This document shows positions 19,701-27,369 of a stretch of 62,780 nucleotides of DNA, in pieces. Position 1 is the stretch's first letter. Each line of letters opens with the position of its first letter. The stretch is from a virus (Duplodnaviria; Caudoviricetes): IMG/VR virus record IMGVR_UViG_3300021197_001333, positions 1-62,780 of that record. One strand, given 5' to 3'. A program made the position numbers and the translations under genes. Below the pieces are notes generated by a model. That model did no database searches. It was not told the origin of the DNA and saw only the letters and a program-made list of their open reading frames with translations.

Positions 19701-21462
19701 GGAGGCTCCTAGGGCTTCCAAGAGCTGAAAAGGTAGTATTAATAGCACTAACATTATAGTACTCAAATATATATGCAGTTGGAGTTGTAACGTCAGAAAC
19801 ATACTGCATAGCAGGAAACTGAAAGCTAATAACATTACTTCCGTTTACATGACTAGTCCCTACAGGCTGCCCTGCAGCACTTATTCCACTCGCATATTTA
19901 TACAGAGGTGTTGGGTCTCCACCCTGTAAGCTGTTTGTTATAGTACAGTTAAAAAGGTCCGTTAATGTTGTTCCACTACAAGAGGTATCACCTGATGCAG
20001 CATATACAGGTAAAATATTAGAAGCAAGACCAACTTTATCTTGAAAGTCAACACTTGCAAAAAGCTCAGTTACAGTGTCATAATCTTGAGTAAGGGTATA
20101 TAAAAAAGTTAACTGTCTGTCTGTAGAAACTTCAGTAGGAGGGTCTGTAAGATTGGTGGTTCCTCCAAATGTATGATGAGTAAAAGAAAGAGTAAGGTCT
20201 ATAGTAGCCCCCGTCTTTAAATTATCAACTACGTTGGTAAGGTCAAGGTTTAGCTGTGAGTTAGCTATATTAACAGTAGACCCAAAAGTATAAGAAGATA
20301 CTTCGCGAGTATGAGAAAGTTGTTTAAACCCTACTTCTTCGCTAACAAGTTCTGTAGTATAGTCAAACTGAGTGGCAGCATTTCCTCTTGTTAAATTAAA
20401 CCCATCTACATAATTTCCGTACATAAGCCTATTACCCATAACAGTTTGAGCTTTAGCTAAAAGAGGAACATTATCATACAATCGAAGTATTTCAGAAGAA
20501 GGAAGTACAGTATAAATCTTACTGTTAGAAAATGAAAATGTATAATCTGTATTATTAGCTAACCCATCATCAGCTTTATTTATCTTCTCAATAACTTTGA
20601 TAATATCACTCGTCATCTCTTTAAATAGAAGGTCTATACCAACTACTAAAGGGCCTCCGGAGTTATAGGTTATTATACATGAGTTATTGGAGTTTATCAT
20701 CCCCTCATTTAGATAAGACTCGACGCTTAAATCGTACTGCTCAGGAACAAAAGAAGGAGCCGAGAACTGCGATATTGCAGAGTACTCGTTATCTTCATAT
20801 TTATACCTATATCCAAAAGAGATAAGTCGGTCTTCTAAAAAATTTTCTTCCCCTTGAAGATTTACAGGAGAGATAGTAGGCGAAGTAATAGGAGGAGCTT
20901 TTATAACAAGGATATCCTCAGCAGAAAAATTATCGGTATCAACTCCACTTATAGGGTTGGGATAGTTTTTATTGATATTTATTCTCCTAGGTTGGTTTAA
21001 ATCGTCAGTAAAGAATAATAGGTTATCTATTAAATCAATCCCTGTAATAAGATTTAATTTAGAAAAATTAAGAGTAGTATTAACACCTCCTCCATCGTCA
21101 ATACTTATAACGTGATAATTAACTGTTAGAGTTGTGGTATTGTAAGATACAATAAGGTCTAACTTTCCTGTCGCTCCTGCTGTAAAGTTTTCATCATGGA
21201 TAAACCAATACATCGTCTCTTGCTCTCCGTCAGCATAAGCTCCTATACATGTAGCGTCAGCACTTAGTACTGCTCCATTTACATACTCAAGAGTAGTGAG
21301 CCTTTCATTCCCTTTAGAGTTTTCTACTGAACCAATCTCTGAAGCCTCAGTAGAACCAAGACGGATATTTAAAGCATCAATATATTCTCCGTTTGGAACG
21401 AGCCTCTCGTCCAACGTTTTGTTCATGCGACCCGCAATGAAATTCCTTATAGTATTTGCCAT
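16774..21462 (-). CDS. large tail tubular/stabilisation (nozzle-like) protein
   Basis: N-terminal F..GRMNK.LDERLVPNGEYIDALN motif; C-terminal GISNNPESFA..YFTDAKRG..WFRD..LGGYDPY motifs typical of Bacteroidota podophage tail proteins. Confidence 0.65.
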   Translation of the reverse strand: MANTIRNFIAGRMNKTLDERLVPNGEYIDALNIRLGSTEASEIGSVENSKGNERLTTLEYVNGAVLSADATCIGAYADGEQETMYWFIHDENFTAGATGKLDLIVSYNTTTLTVNYHVISIDDGGGVNTTLNFSKLNLITGIDLIDNLLFFTDDLNQPRRININKNYPNPISGVDTDNFSAEDILVIKAPPITSPTISPVNLQGEENFLEDRLISFGYRYKYEDNEYSAISQFSAPSFVPEQYDLSVESYLNEGMINSNNSCIITYNSGGPLVVGIDLLFKEMTSDIIKVIEKINKADDGLANNTDYTFSFSNSKIYTVLPSSEILRLYDNVPLLAKAQTVMGNRLMYGNYVDGFNLTRGNAATQFDYTTELVSEEVGFKQLSHTREVSSYTFGSTVNIANSQLNLDLTNVVDNLKTGATIDLTLSFTHHTFGGTTNLTDPPTEVSTDRQLTFLYTLTQDYDTVTELFASVDFQDKVGLASNILPVYAASGDTSCSGTTLTDLFNCTITNSLQGGDPTPLYKYASGISAAGQPVGTSHVNGSNVISFQFPAMQYVSDVTTPTAYIFEYYNVSAINTTFSALGSPRSLHSNRGYEIGMVYMDEFNRATTALVSPLNTIHVGCSKSADKNQIKVTIPTTQLAPDFAKRYKFVIKPDEASYNTVYTSIFFYDTVTATDYFLLQGENAAKVEEGDRLIVKRDVDGPLNSCTYVTVLEKKAQQAGFITPEDSTGQTISVPQGVYIQIRSSDFNSSLSDAASLNPGTLNYCKDESDEYVFRAYNFSALLDPEISAPDGDVYPIYNIPSGSRIRLRFEFSRKGTGDGNNACERRIYTFDETYTSSETYSNIIDWWNGDNIGETLNDGSQEVGGDGCEIDNVFVSPTTASVNNFYGLDPNLCTNYFRWYLNPTSNEIRLAITGTRACGSSDKKKACIKATINVLRAQNTIVFETEPVDALPDVWYESSESYSIDASGYHSGNVQTQTASLPAIINTAFFNCFAFGNGVESYKIRDSISGRALALGNRVTTVAAQDFKRADRFADMTYSGVFNNEFNLNKLNEFNLGLANYKPLEESFGPIEKMFAQDTNILVLQEDKISYVLASKNLISDSTGGGVVASIPEILGTQIARIEEFGISNNPESFAQWGPSKYFTDAKRGAVIQLTGSGPSESLVVVSQAGMRGWFRDLFIENFNTQKLGGYDPYMNEYVLGNNLTTIPEQPSCISCGINKMYFIDNKGLSACYNLGATVGEVTISWPIPILSVGGSFSFTTTYNGTTTSHGPFTAAGSVTIDKDVVSVEQLDIVFSVPTSGDTASVNFLVGCPASDTINIILITLTNNADEGKTIHNQYRWVDGAFTSPTHSNQIPFLTSNDPQVVSQYTEISGPQGAGIIPADGATVFMISDKQSTDDYDVDVSSDRFLYLRDNTLHPNTPTGIAAILTAATSLTPAGATPIFSQSFTLPTLANNDYLYLVWNYASAKEASLCFSPKATGSLDDACCVCSCDTATECTQWLVDNTNSSQALLSYVPCGGARTNITLGGNKSTTLCAEGNIIIVSGKSEDINFTITACDCT

Positions 21463-21463
21463 A

Positions 21464-22387
21464 TTACTTTAACCATTTGTCTTTACCACGCATGTTCATT
21501 AACAAACGTCCCGGATGGATATTACTTAAACGAATTTTTGCGTTTCTAAGTAACGCTCCTTTCTCTTTCCGTGCTCTCGAAACAATATACTCTTGAACAC
21601 CTAACTTAGAGTTTAGAATAGAATAACGAATATATGCATATACATACTCTTCAAACAATTTATTAACGGTTACACTTGCGTCATTGCCGTTCTCCATACC
21701 GTCTGATACATACTCTAAGATGGCTAATCTATCGCTCATCTCAGAACTAAAATTAATTACACCACCTTTTTTATCTATAGAAAAAGTAGGATTAGCGTTA
21801 GCAGTTTCTGTATTTAATCCAAACCTTCCCCCTATTTGATAATCGAAATACCAAGACCCCTCCCACAACCAACCTTCCGAACCATTGTAAGGATTGTTAG
21901 CATTTAAGTAAATACTTCTCTTACTTCCTTTAATACGTTGATAAGAGATATCTGAAAACTCAGGTCTGAGAACATTACCATTTTCATCAAATAAGATTTT
22001 ACTTGAGTTGTCTTGTAAATACGCTCCACTCCAATTGGTTTGTACATTTTCACTTAAAGGATAGAGAAGTCCATTCTCATATAACGAGATACGAACCCAA
22101 TTTACGTAGTCGTGAGGGAGGATATACCTCAAAGAATCTCCTACATTTAGCTCAAGGATTTTAATCTCTTTAAACGCATCGTAATTAAGCTCCATGATAG
22201 CTCTCTTAGCATGGAAGAGAACTTTAAATCTTTCTTCGTTATTTACAAGAGAGTGGTTTCCACTGTAAATTAACATAAAATTGTTTACAATATCCTCAAG
22301 AGAAACAAATTGATACGAACCCCAATTCTCCCTTTCAGGCGATTCCCCTGAATTTTGATAATATTCATAATCTGTGATATACGTCAT
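21464..22387 (-). CDS. structural protein (tail ring/adaptor candidate)
   Basis: LPHDYVNWVRIS and LEYVSDG motifs; lies between capsid and nozzle genes. Confidence 0.55.
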   Translation of the reverse strand: MTYITDYEYYQNSGESPERENWGSYQFVSLEDIVNNFMLIYSGNHSLVNNEERFKVLFHAKRAIMELNYDAFKEIKILELNVGDSLRYILPHDYVNWVRISLYENGLLYPLSENVQTNWSGAYLQDNSSKILFDENGNVLRPEFSDISYQRIKGSKRSIYLNANNPYNGSEGWLWEGSWYFDYQIGGRFGLNTETANANPTFSIDKKGGVINFSSEMSDRLAILEYVSDGMENGNDASVTVNKLFEEYVYAYIRYSILNSKLGVQEYIVSRARKEKGALLRNAKIRLSNIHPGRLLMNMRGKDKWLK

Positions 22388-23136
22388 TAGGCTTGTTGTT
22401 GAAGATTTTTATTTTCCTCCGATTGTGCATATGTATAAACATCTAACTCTCGAATAGATATACCGCACATCTGCAAAATTAAATTTACTAATTTTGGCTC
22501 ATCATCAATAGGAACCTCAAAGTCCTGAAAGTCAGCTTGACTGTTATCAAACATAGGTTCTCCTCCTGTCACTAAAGCATATGTCCAATTAGGGTCAAAA
22601 GGATAACGTATATATTGTACTTCCACTTCAGTAGCTGCATTAACAGTATCAGGATAGGCTGTAAGAAGACCACCTTCAGTAGTGTACGCAGGGTATGTAT
22701 TACTTGGAGCTAATAATGGCGAAGCATTAAGCATCGTAATTTTACTGTGTGTCACCGCTTCAGCCTCTCCTAATAAAGTTCTAGGAGTAGTAGAATCATC
22801 ATAAAACAAAACCTTATTTAAAAGATAGAAGTCATCACCTGTAGCAGTTAAAGAAGGTAAAGTAAAAATATTAGTTCCCGGCGTAGGAATAGGAAGGTTT
22901 CGTGTGACAGAGAAGATGTTTATAGACTCTGAGATGCTCTTAGAGGCATTAGCATACTCAGTACCTGACTGACGAGCATTCTCTTTATTTAAAGCGTTAT
23001 TATAGTCTGAGAAGTAGTTCTCAAAAATTGTAATCTGTGCTTGTTTAGCAAAGAGGTTGAAGTCTGAAGGAGAGATATACCCATAATTATTCTTATTAAG
23101 TATGGATAACACTGTGTTTCTAACGGAATTTATCAT
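22387..23136 (-). CDS. tail ring/head-tail adaptor candidate
   Basis: MINSVRNTVLSILNKNNYGYISP.DFNLFAKQAQ...YIRYP..P.W.Y. Start moved to ATG 23136, downstream of a -7 element at 23152-23159. Confidence 0.6.
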   Translation of the reverse strand: MINSVRNTVLSILNKNNYGYISPSDFNLFAKQAQITIFENYFSDYNNALNKENARQSGTEYANASKSISESINIFSVTRNLPIPTPGTNIFTLPSLTATGDDFYLLNKVLFYDDSTTPRTLLGEAEAVTHSKITMLNASPLLAPSNTYPAYTTEGGLLTAYPDTVNAATEVEVQYIRYPFDPNWTYALVTGGEPMFDNSQADFQDFEVPIDDEPKLVNLILQMCGISIRELDVYTYAQSEENKNLQQQA

Positions 23137-23162
23137 GAGTAAACCTTTTCCCAAAGATAGAC

Positions 23163-23190
23163 AAAAAAAAAGAGCCACTAATAGCGGCCC
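23163..23190 (-). terminator. intrinsic terminator
   Basis: Minus strand GGGCCGC-TATTA-GTGGCTC followed by T9. Confidence 0.65.
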
Positions 23191-23214
23191 TTTCTAATAA
23201 TAATAGAAGAAATT

Positions 23215-23505
23215 TTATGCAAATGCAGTTACCTCAGCTGACGCTACTGTTTGTCCTAAAGGAATATTTACTTCTACAACAGCATGTACCCAACTAGTTT
23301 GAGCACCTTGAATACAAGCCTCTTGAATAGCAGTAATCATATCAAACGTAGCACCTGTAGTAGTTAAAGAATAGTGGTGACCAACAGAGTCACAACTAAA
23401 AATTTTAACTTCTGTAGCACTTTCTAGTTCAGCGTAAGCGCCTGAGCCAATAGGAACCAATGTTGTTCCTCCTCCTGAGAGTTTAAATTTTAAGTACTTG
23501 TTCAT
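23215..23505 (-). CDS. small structural protein, paralogue of 23502..23789
   Basis: Colinear similarity along the full length (KYLK, HHY.L.T, M.TAI.EA, V..P.G.TV.S). Confidence 0.65.
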   Translation of the reverse strand: MNKYLKFKLSGGGTTLVPIGSGAYAELESATEVKIFSCDSVGHHYSLTTTGATFDMITAIQEACIQGAQTSWVHAVVEVNIPLGQTVASAEVTAFA

Positions 23506-23789
23506 GAGAATACAGTCATTGTGATACTAGTTACGGTCTCTCCGGCAGGAAGGTTAACCAAGACCTCTGCATTATGCCAAGGTGTTACAGCAGCTTGCTC
23601 AATAGCTTCTTCAATAGCTGTTACCATAGCAGCTGTAGAAGTTGCTGTAGCAAGAGCGTAGTGGTGAGTAAGAGCAGCGTTGTTATAAATACGCATATTT
23701 GAAGCGTCTGTACGCTCCACAAATAAACCTGTTCCTACAGGAATATTATGATTCCCTGCACCGGTAGGGATTTTAAGATACTTATCCAT
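23502..23789 (-). CDS. small structural protein, paralogue of 23215..23505
   Basis: See paralogue; has its own -7 element at 23819-23826. Confidence 0.65.
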   Translation of the reverse strand: MDKYLKIPTGAGNHNIPVGTGLFVERTDASNMRIYNNAALTHHYALATATSTAAMVTAIEEAIEQAAVTPWHNAEVLVNLPAGETVTSITMTVFS

Positions 23790-23831
23790 CGTTTAAAAAT
23801 TAGATGATTAATAAAGTCCAAAGATACATAC

Positions 23832-23857
23832 AAAAAAAGGGATGCAATTTGCATCCC
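23832..23857 (-). terminator. intrinsic terminator
   Basis: GGGATGCA-AAT-TGCATCCC followed by T7 on the minus strand. Confidence 0.75.
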
Positions 23858-23918
23858 CTTTCAACAGAATAGACTTAACACAATAAAATAATAAAAAATA
23901 CAGTGTAAATATAGTGCT

Positions 23919-24662
23919 TTATAAGTACGTTTCCAACATTTTTAAATTTTCTACACCATCATCGGTAAGAAAGTATGACTCACATGTGGCTAAAGAGTCT
24001 TCTCCGAAAGGAACGGTAAGCATTCGTTTCTTGTTTTGAGCGGTATTAAACCACACCTCAGATTTATTACGTCGATAAGTTAAAAGAGATTTAGAAAAGA
24101 AATTTTGAATAGTAGACTGAAGCTTAAGCTCAGGGTCCGTAGTAATTTCTAAAAACCTTTTTGGGTCTCTTTTAGCATGGATTAAAAGGTCACGGCGTAA
24201 CTCAGCTGTAGTTAATTTATCAGGATTAGCTCCATACATTACACGAGCTACATTCTCAGCTTGTTCTAGACTTAAACTGCGGCACTCAATAAGAGCATCT
24301 ACCTCTGCGTTTAAAGATTCAACCTGCTCCGCAGCATCGCGTTCAAGGTTAATCTCCTCAAAGCGCTTACCATTTAAAGGGTGTAGGCTTAAAAGCTTTT
24401 GTAAAGCAGGGTTAGTAGCGGGTACTGTAAGCATACCATCAATAAATACTATAGGCTCCACAACTACGTGTCCATCTTGTTCATCTACAAAAATAGAACG
24501 TTGGTTAGCGGCATAACGAATTTCTCGATTTTCTCCTCTAGCTTCATCGAAATGTAGCATAGGATTACGAGGGTTTCCTCCTGCATTGATATAAGCAGAT
24601 AGAGGGGTCGCACCGTTAGTTAACTTGTACGACTTGTTTTTTAGAACGGGTTTGTTCTTCAT
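23919..24662 (-). CDS. conserved protein downstream of the major capsid gene
   Basis: 247-aa ORF (REIRYA.NQ.SIFVDEQ, PIVF.DG.L.VP); function unknown. Confidence 0.6.
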   Translation of the reverse strand: MKNKPVLKNKSYKLTNGATPLSAYINAGGNPRNPMLHFDEARGENREIRYAANQRSIFVDEQDGHVVVEPIVFIDGMLTVPATNPALQKLLSLHPLNGKRFEEINLERDAAEQVESLNAEVDALIECRSLSLEQAENVARVMYGANPDKLTTAELRRDLLIHAKRDPKRFLEITTDPELKLQSTIQNFFSKSLLTYRRNKSEVWFNTAQNKKRMLTVPFGEDSLATCESYFLTDDGVENLKMLETYL

Positions 24663-24685
24663 AAGAATTAGATTTGAGTTAAAGA

Positions 24686-24724
24686 TAAAAAAAAATAAAA
24701 GGACGAGGGTTTGAACCCTCGTCC
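24686..24724 (-). terminator. terminator after the major capsid gene, built on the GAGGGTTCAAACCCTC motif
   Basis: Minus strand GGAC-GAGGGTTCAAACCCTC-GTCC followed by a long T tract; motif at 24705-24720. Confidence 0.8.
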
Positions 24725-24740
24725 CATTATCATATATAGA

Positions 24741-26198
24741 TTATGCTTCGAAAATAAAGAAGTTATTCGCTCCTAAAGTGCATACTGCACGCTCAGAAAG
24801 GAAGTGAACCTCCATAGCATCGAGACTGCTTGTACGAGCTCCTCCTGCAGAACCTGTAATCCAAGTCTTGTAACGGCGGTCTTCCGTCTCAGACGCACGG
24901 TAACGCACGTGTAAGAATGGACGCTTCGCGTTCTTTCCTAGGATTTGGTCATATACAGATGTTGAACCTGCAGGAACTAAGAGACCATCAATCGCTCCAC
25001 TACCTGCGGTTTGGCTTAGGCCACCACGCATAGTTGGGTCGTTTAGGTATTTCCAATCAGACTTGTAGAAATCATATCCTCTGCGGAATCCTGTGAATCC
25101 GAGGTTCAATGCCATCTCCTTATCGTTATCGAAAAGACCATATGAAGTACCACCCGCTCCGTAAGAGTTTTGTGCAGCTAACATATCGTCGATTTGGAAT
25201 CCGAAGTTACGGTTAACGAATACAACATTCTCTTCAATAGCTCCTTGCTTATCAAGTCTGCTTATGATAGAATCCCATCCCGCTAAATCTACAGGAGCTC
25301 CTCCTGTCCAAACGTTTCCACGCTTATTAACAACGTAGAATACACCTTCAGAACCTTTGTTTCCATAGTTAGCATTCATAGTTGCACCTGAACCTGCGTT
25401 AGACGCACCTGAATCTGCTTCTGCAGGAACGGCTTCAATCATCGCAGTCTCCAAGTAATCGTCGAAACGAAGACGAGTTTCATGCTCAGACTTTAGGTAC
25501 CATAGGTATCCGTTAGCTCCATTCTCTGTAGTAACCTCTACCCATCCAATCTGTGCCATATCAGAACCTGATACTGCATACTTATCTTTGATGATGATAG
25601 GTGAGTTATTGAAGAAGATATCGTCAGCTTCTAAAGAACCATCCATTCCCTCTGTTCCTTTTCTAAACTCAGAACCGTAGATAAAGACAGTAACATCAGC
25701 ATTATCTACTCCTGTTCCTGCTTTCACTAGACCTGCTGCTTCATAGAAAGCAACTTTGAAGGTGTCAGACCCTACAGTTACTTCAGTAACGATACCTTTA
25801 TTACTTCCTGAACCGTCATTCTGTGAAACCATCACAGTTTGACCTTTTCTGATAGCAATAGCATTAGATGCTGAAAATGGTGAAGGATTTGCAGTATCAT
25901 TAACTTGGAAGGTAGCTTCTAAAGCATTAACCGAAGCTGTTGTTCCTACTTGTGTATATTTAATATGTAATCTTCCTTGTTCAGCCCACTCGATGCGGTC
26001 AGAGTTAGAAGGCATCTCAGCTCCTACCATACGTAGGAAAGAAGCGAGTGTTCGGTTACCGTAACGCTCAAATTCTTTCTCGTATGTATCAGGAAGATAC
26101 TGATTCAAGAAATTGAAGTCGGTAATATAATTGGTTTCAGTCGGCACCTGTTGTGCACTTGGCTGTAACGCAAATGTTGGTGTGGCTTTTACGCTCAT
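24741..26198 (-). CDS. major capsid protein
   Basis: 485 aa; follows portal and scaffold; strong downstream terminator; ERYGNR, W.EQGRLH and GF.GFRRG.YDFYK motifs of Bacteroidota podophage capsids. Confidence 0.8.
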   Translation of the reverse strand: MSVKATPTFALQPSAQQVPTETNYITDFNFLNQYLPDTYEKEFERYGNRTLASFLRMVGAEMPSNSDRIEWAEQGRLHIKYTQVGTTASVNALEATFQVNDTANPSPFSASNAIAIRKGQTVMVSQNDGSGSNKGIVTEVTVGSDTFKVAFYEAAGLVKAGTGVDNADVTVFIYGSEFRKGTEGMDGSLEADDIFFNNSPIIIKDKYAVSGSDMAQIGWVEVTTENGANGYLWYLKSEHETRLRFDDYLETAMIEAVPAEADSGASNAGSGATMNANYGNKGSEGVFYVVNKRGNVWTGGAPVDLAGWDSIISRLDKQGAIEENVVFVNRNFGFQIDDMLAAQNSYGAGGTSYGLFDNDKEMALNLGFTGFRRGYDFYKSDWKYLNDPTMRGGLSQTAGSGAIDGLLVPAGSTSVYDQILGKNAKRPFLHVRYRASETEDRRYKTWITGSAGGARTSSLDAMEVHFLSERAVCTLGANNFFIFEA

Positions 26199-26221
26199 AA
26201 TAGTTTTATTTTAATAATTAA

Positions 26222-27319
26222 TTAAGTAGTACGTTGTGCACTTCTTATTTTTAAACCTCGTCCTGAATCAGGGTTTACAGAACGAACTTGCATGCCCCCC
26301 TTAGAAGATGCGTTTTGTGGAACACCACGTTCAGACATATTAATATTCTTTGTCTTACGCATAACTCCATCAACCGCCTCCGCTTGACCTTGCTCATAAA
26401 AGAACTTGGCAAATTTATCGGGGTTCATTGCTATCGCGAGTGACCTATGGTAACCCATGGCATCCTTGACTAAGCCTTGTTCATCTACAAATTGGTTTAT
26501 CCAATTCATAGGTGTTTCCTGTTGCTTCTTCAATTCAGTCCTATCTCCGGGAGAAAATGTGTAGGGTTGGTCGTTTACTTTGAACTCAAAACCTTTGAAC
26601 TCACTTCCAAATACTTCGTTTGTTTTCTCATCAAACCAAGTCTTTCTACGCATTTGCTCTTCCTGAGCAGTCTTCGCGTTAGCGGTATATTGCTTATACT
26701 CTGCATACTCTTCTGAGTTTTCTAAAGAAGGTGACCCACTTGACTCAAGGGGAACACTGTATTTTTCTTTAGCCTCTTCGAAGTATCTCTTCGCTTTAGC
26801 AATAGTTTTCTTTTTTGCTAGTCGGATTTTTCTAATGGCACCCTCGTCATCGAGGTCTTCATCAAAATTATAATCCTCCATCATAGCATTTATATCGTCC
26901 TCATCAAGTCCTTCTTCCGTTGCCGTAAGATATTCCTTGATAAGATTATCGGGTTTCATAGTGTCATAGTCTTTGTTTAACTGAACAAAGTCTTGAACAC
27001 CACGACCCGTTTCTTTTTTGTACTTAAAGAACGCTGCCACCTCTGAATCCATTTCGCCGGACTCTTCTCTCGCCTCTTTTAAATCGTCTAAAGAGTTAAT
27101 ATCTCTTCCTAACCTTTCGCTAATAATAGACAAAAGTTCTGTCTCTCCAAGAGGCTCTTTTTCTACAACAGGCTCGGACACCTCCTGAGAAACCTCCTCG
27201 GAAACTTCTTCCTTAGGTGTATCAGTTAAACTTTCCTCATGCTCTTTGAGCAATTGAGTTTCTACTTCAGCAGTAGATTTTTGCTCTACTTCATCTACAA
27301 GACGCACTTTCATTTCCAT
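26222..27319 (-). CDS. capsid scaffolding protein (putative)
   Basis: Very acidic helical protein between portal and capsid; FAKFFYEQG motif. Confidence 0.6.
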   Translation of the reverse strand: MEMKVRLVDEVEQKSTAEVETQLLKEHEESLTDTPKEEVSEEVSQEVSEPVVEKEPLGETELLSIISERLGRDINSLDDLKEAREESGEMDSEVAAFFKYKKETGRGVQDFVQLNKDYDTMKPDNLIKEYLTATEEGLDEDDINAMMEDYNFDEDLDDEGAIRKIRLAKKKTIAKAKRYFEEAKEKYSVPLESSGSPSLENSEEYAEYKQYTANAKTAQEEQMRRKTWFDEKTNEVFGSEFKGFEFKVNDQPYTFSPGDRTELKKQQETPMNWINQFVDEQGLVKDAMGYHRSLAIAMNPDKFAKFFYEQGQAEAVDGVMRKTKNINMSERGVPQNASSKGGMQVRSVNPDSGRGLKIRSAQRTT

Positions 27320-27369
27320 ATGATTTAATTTAATTACAAAGTTACACTAAAAATATTCTAAATTTATAC

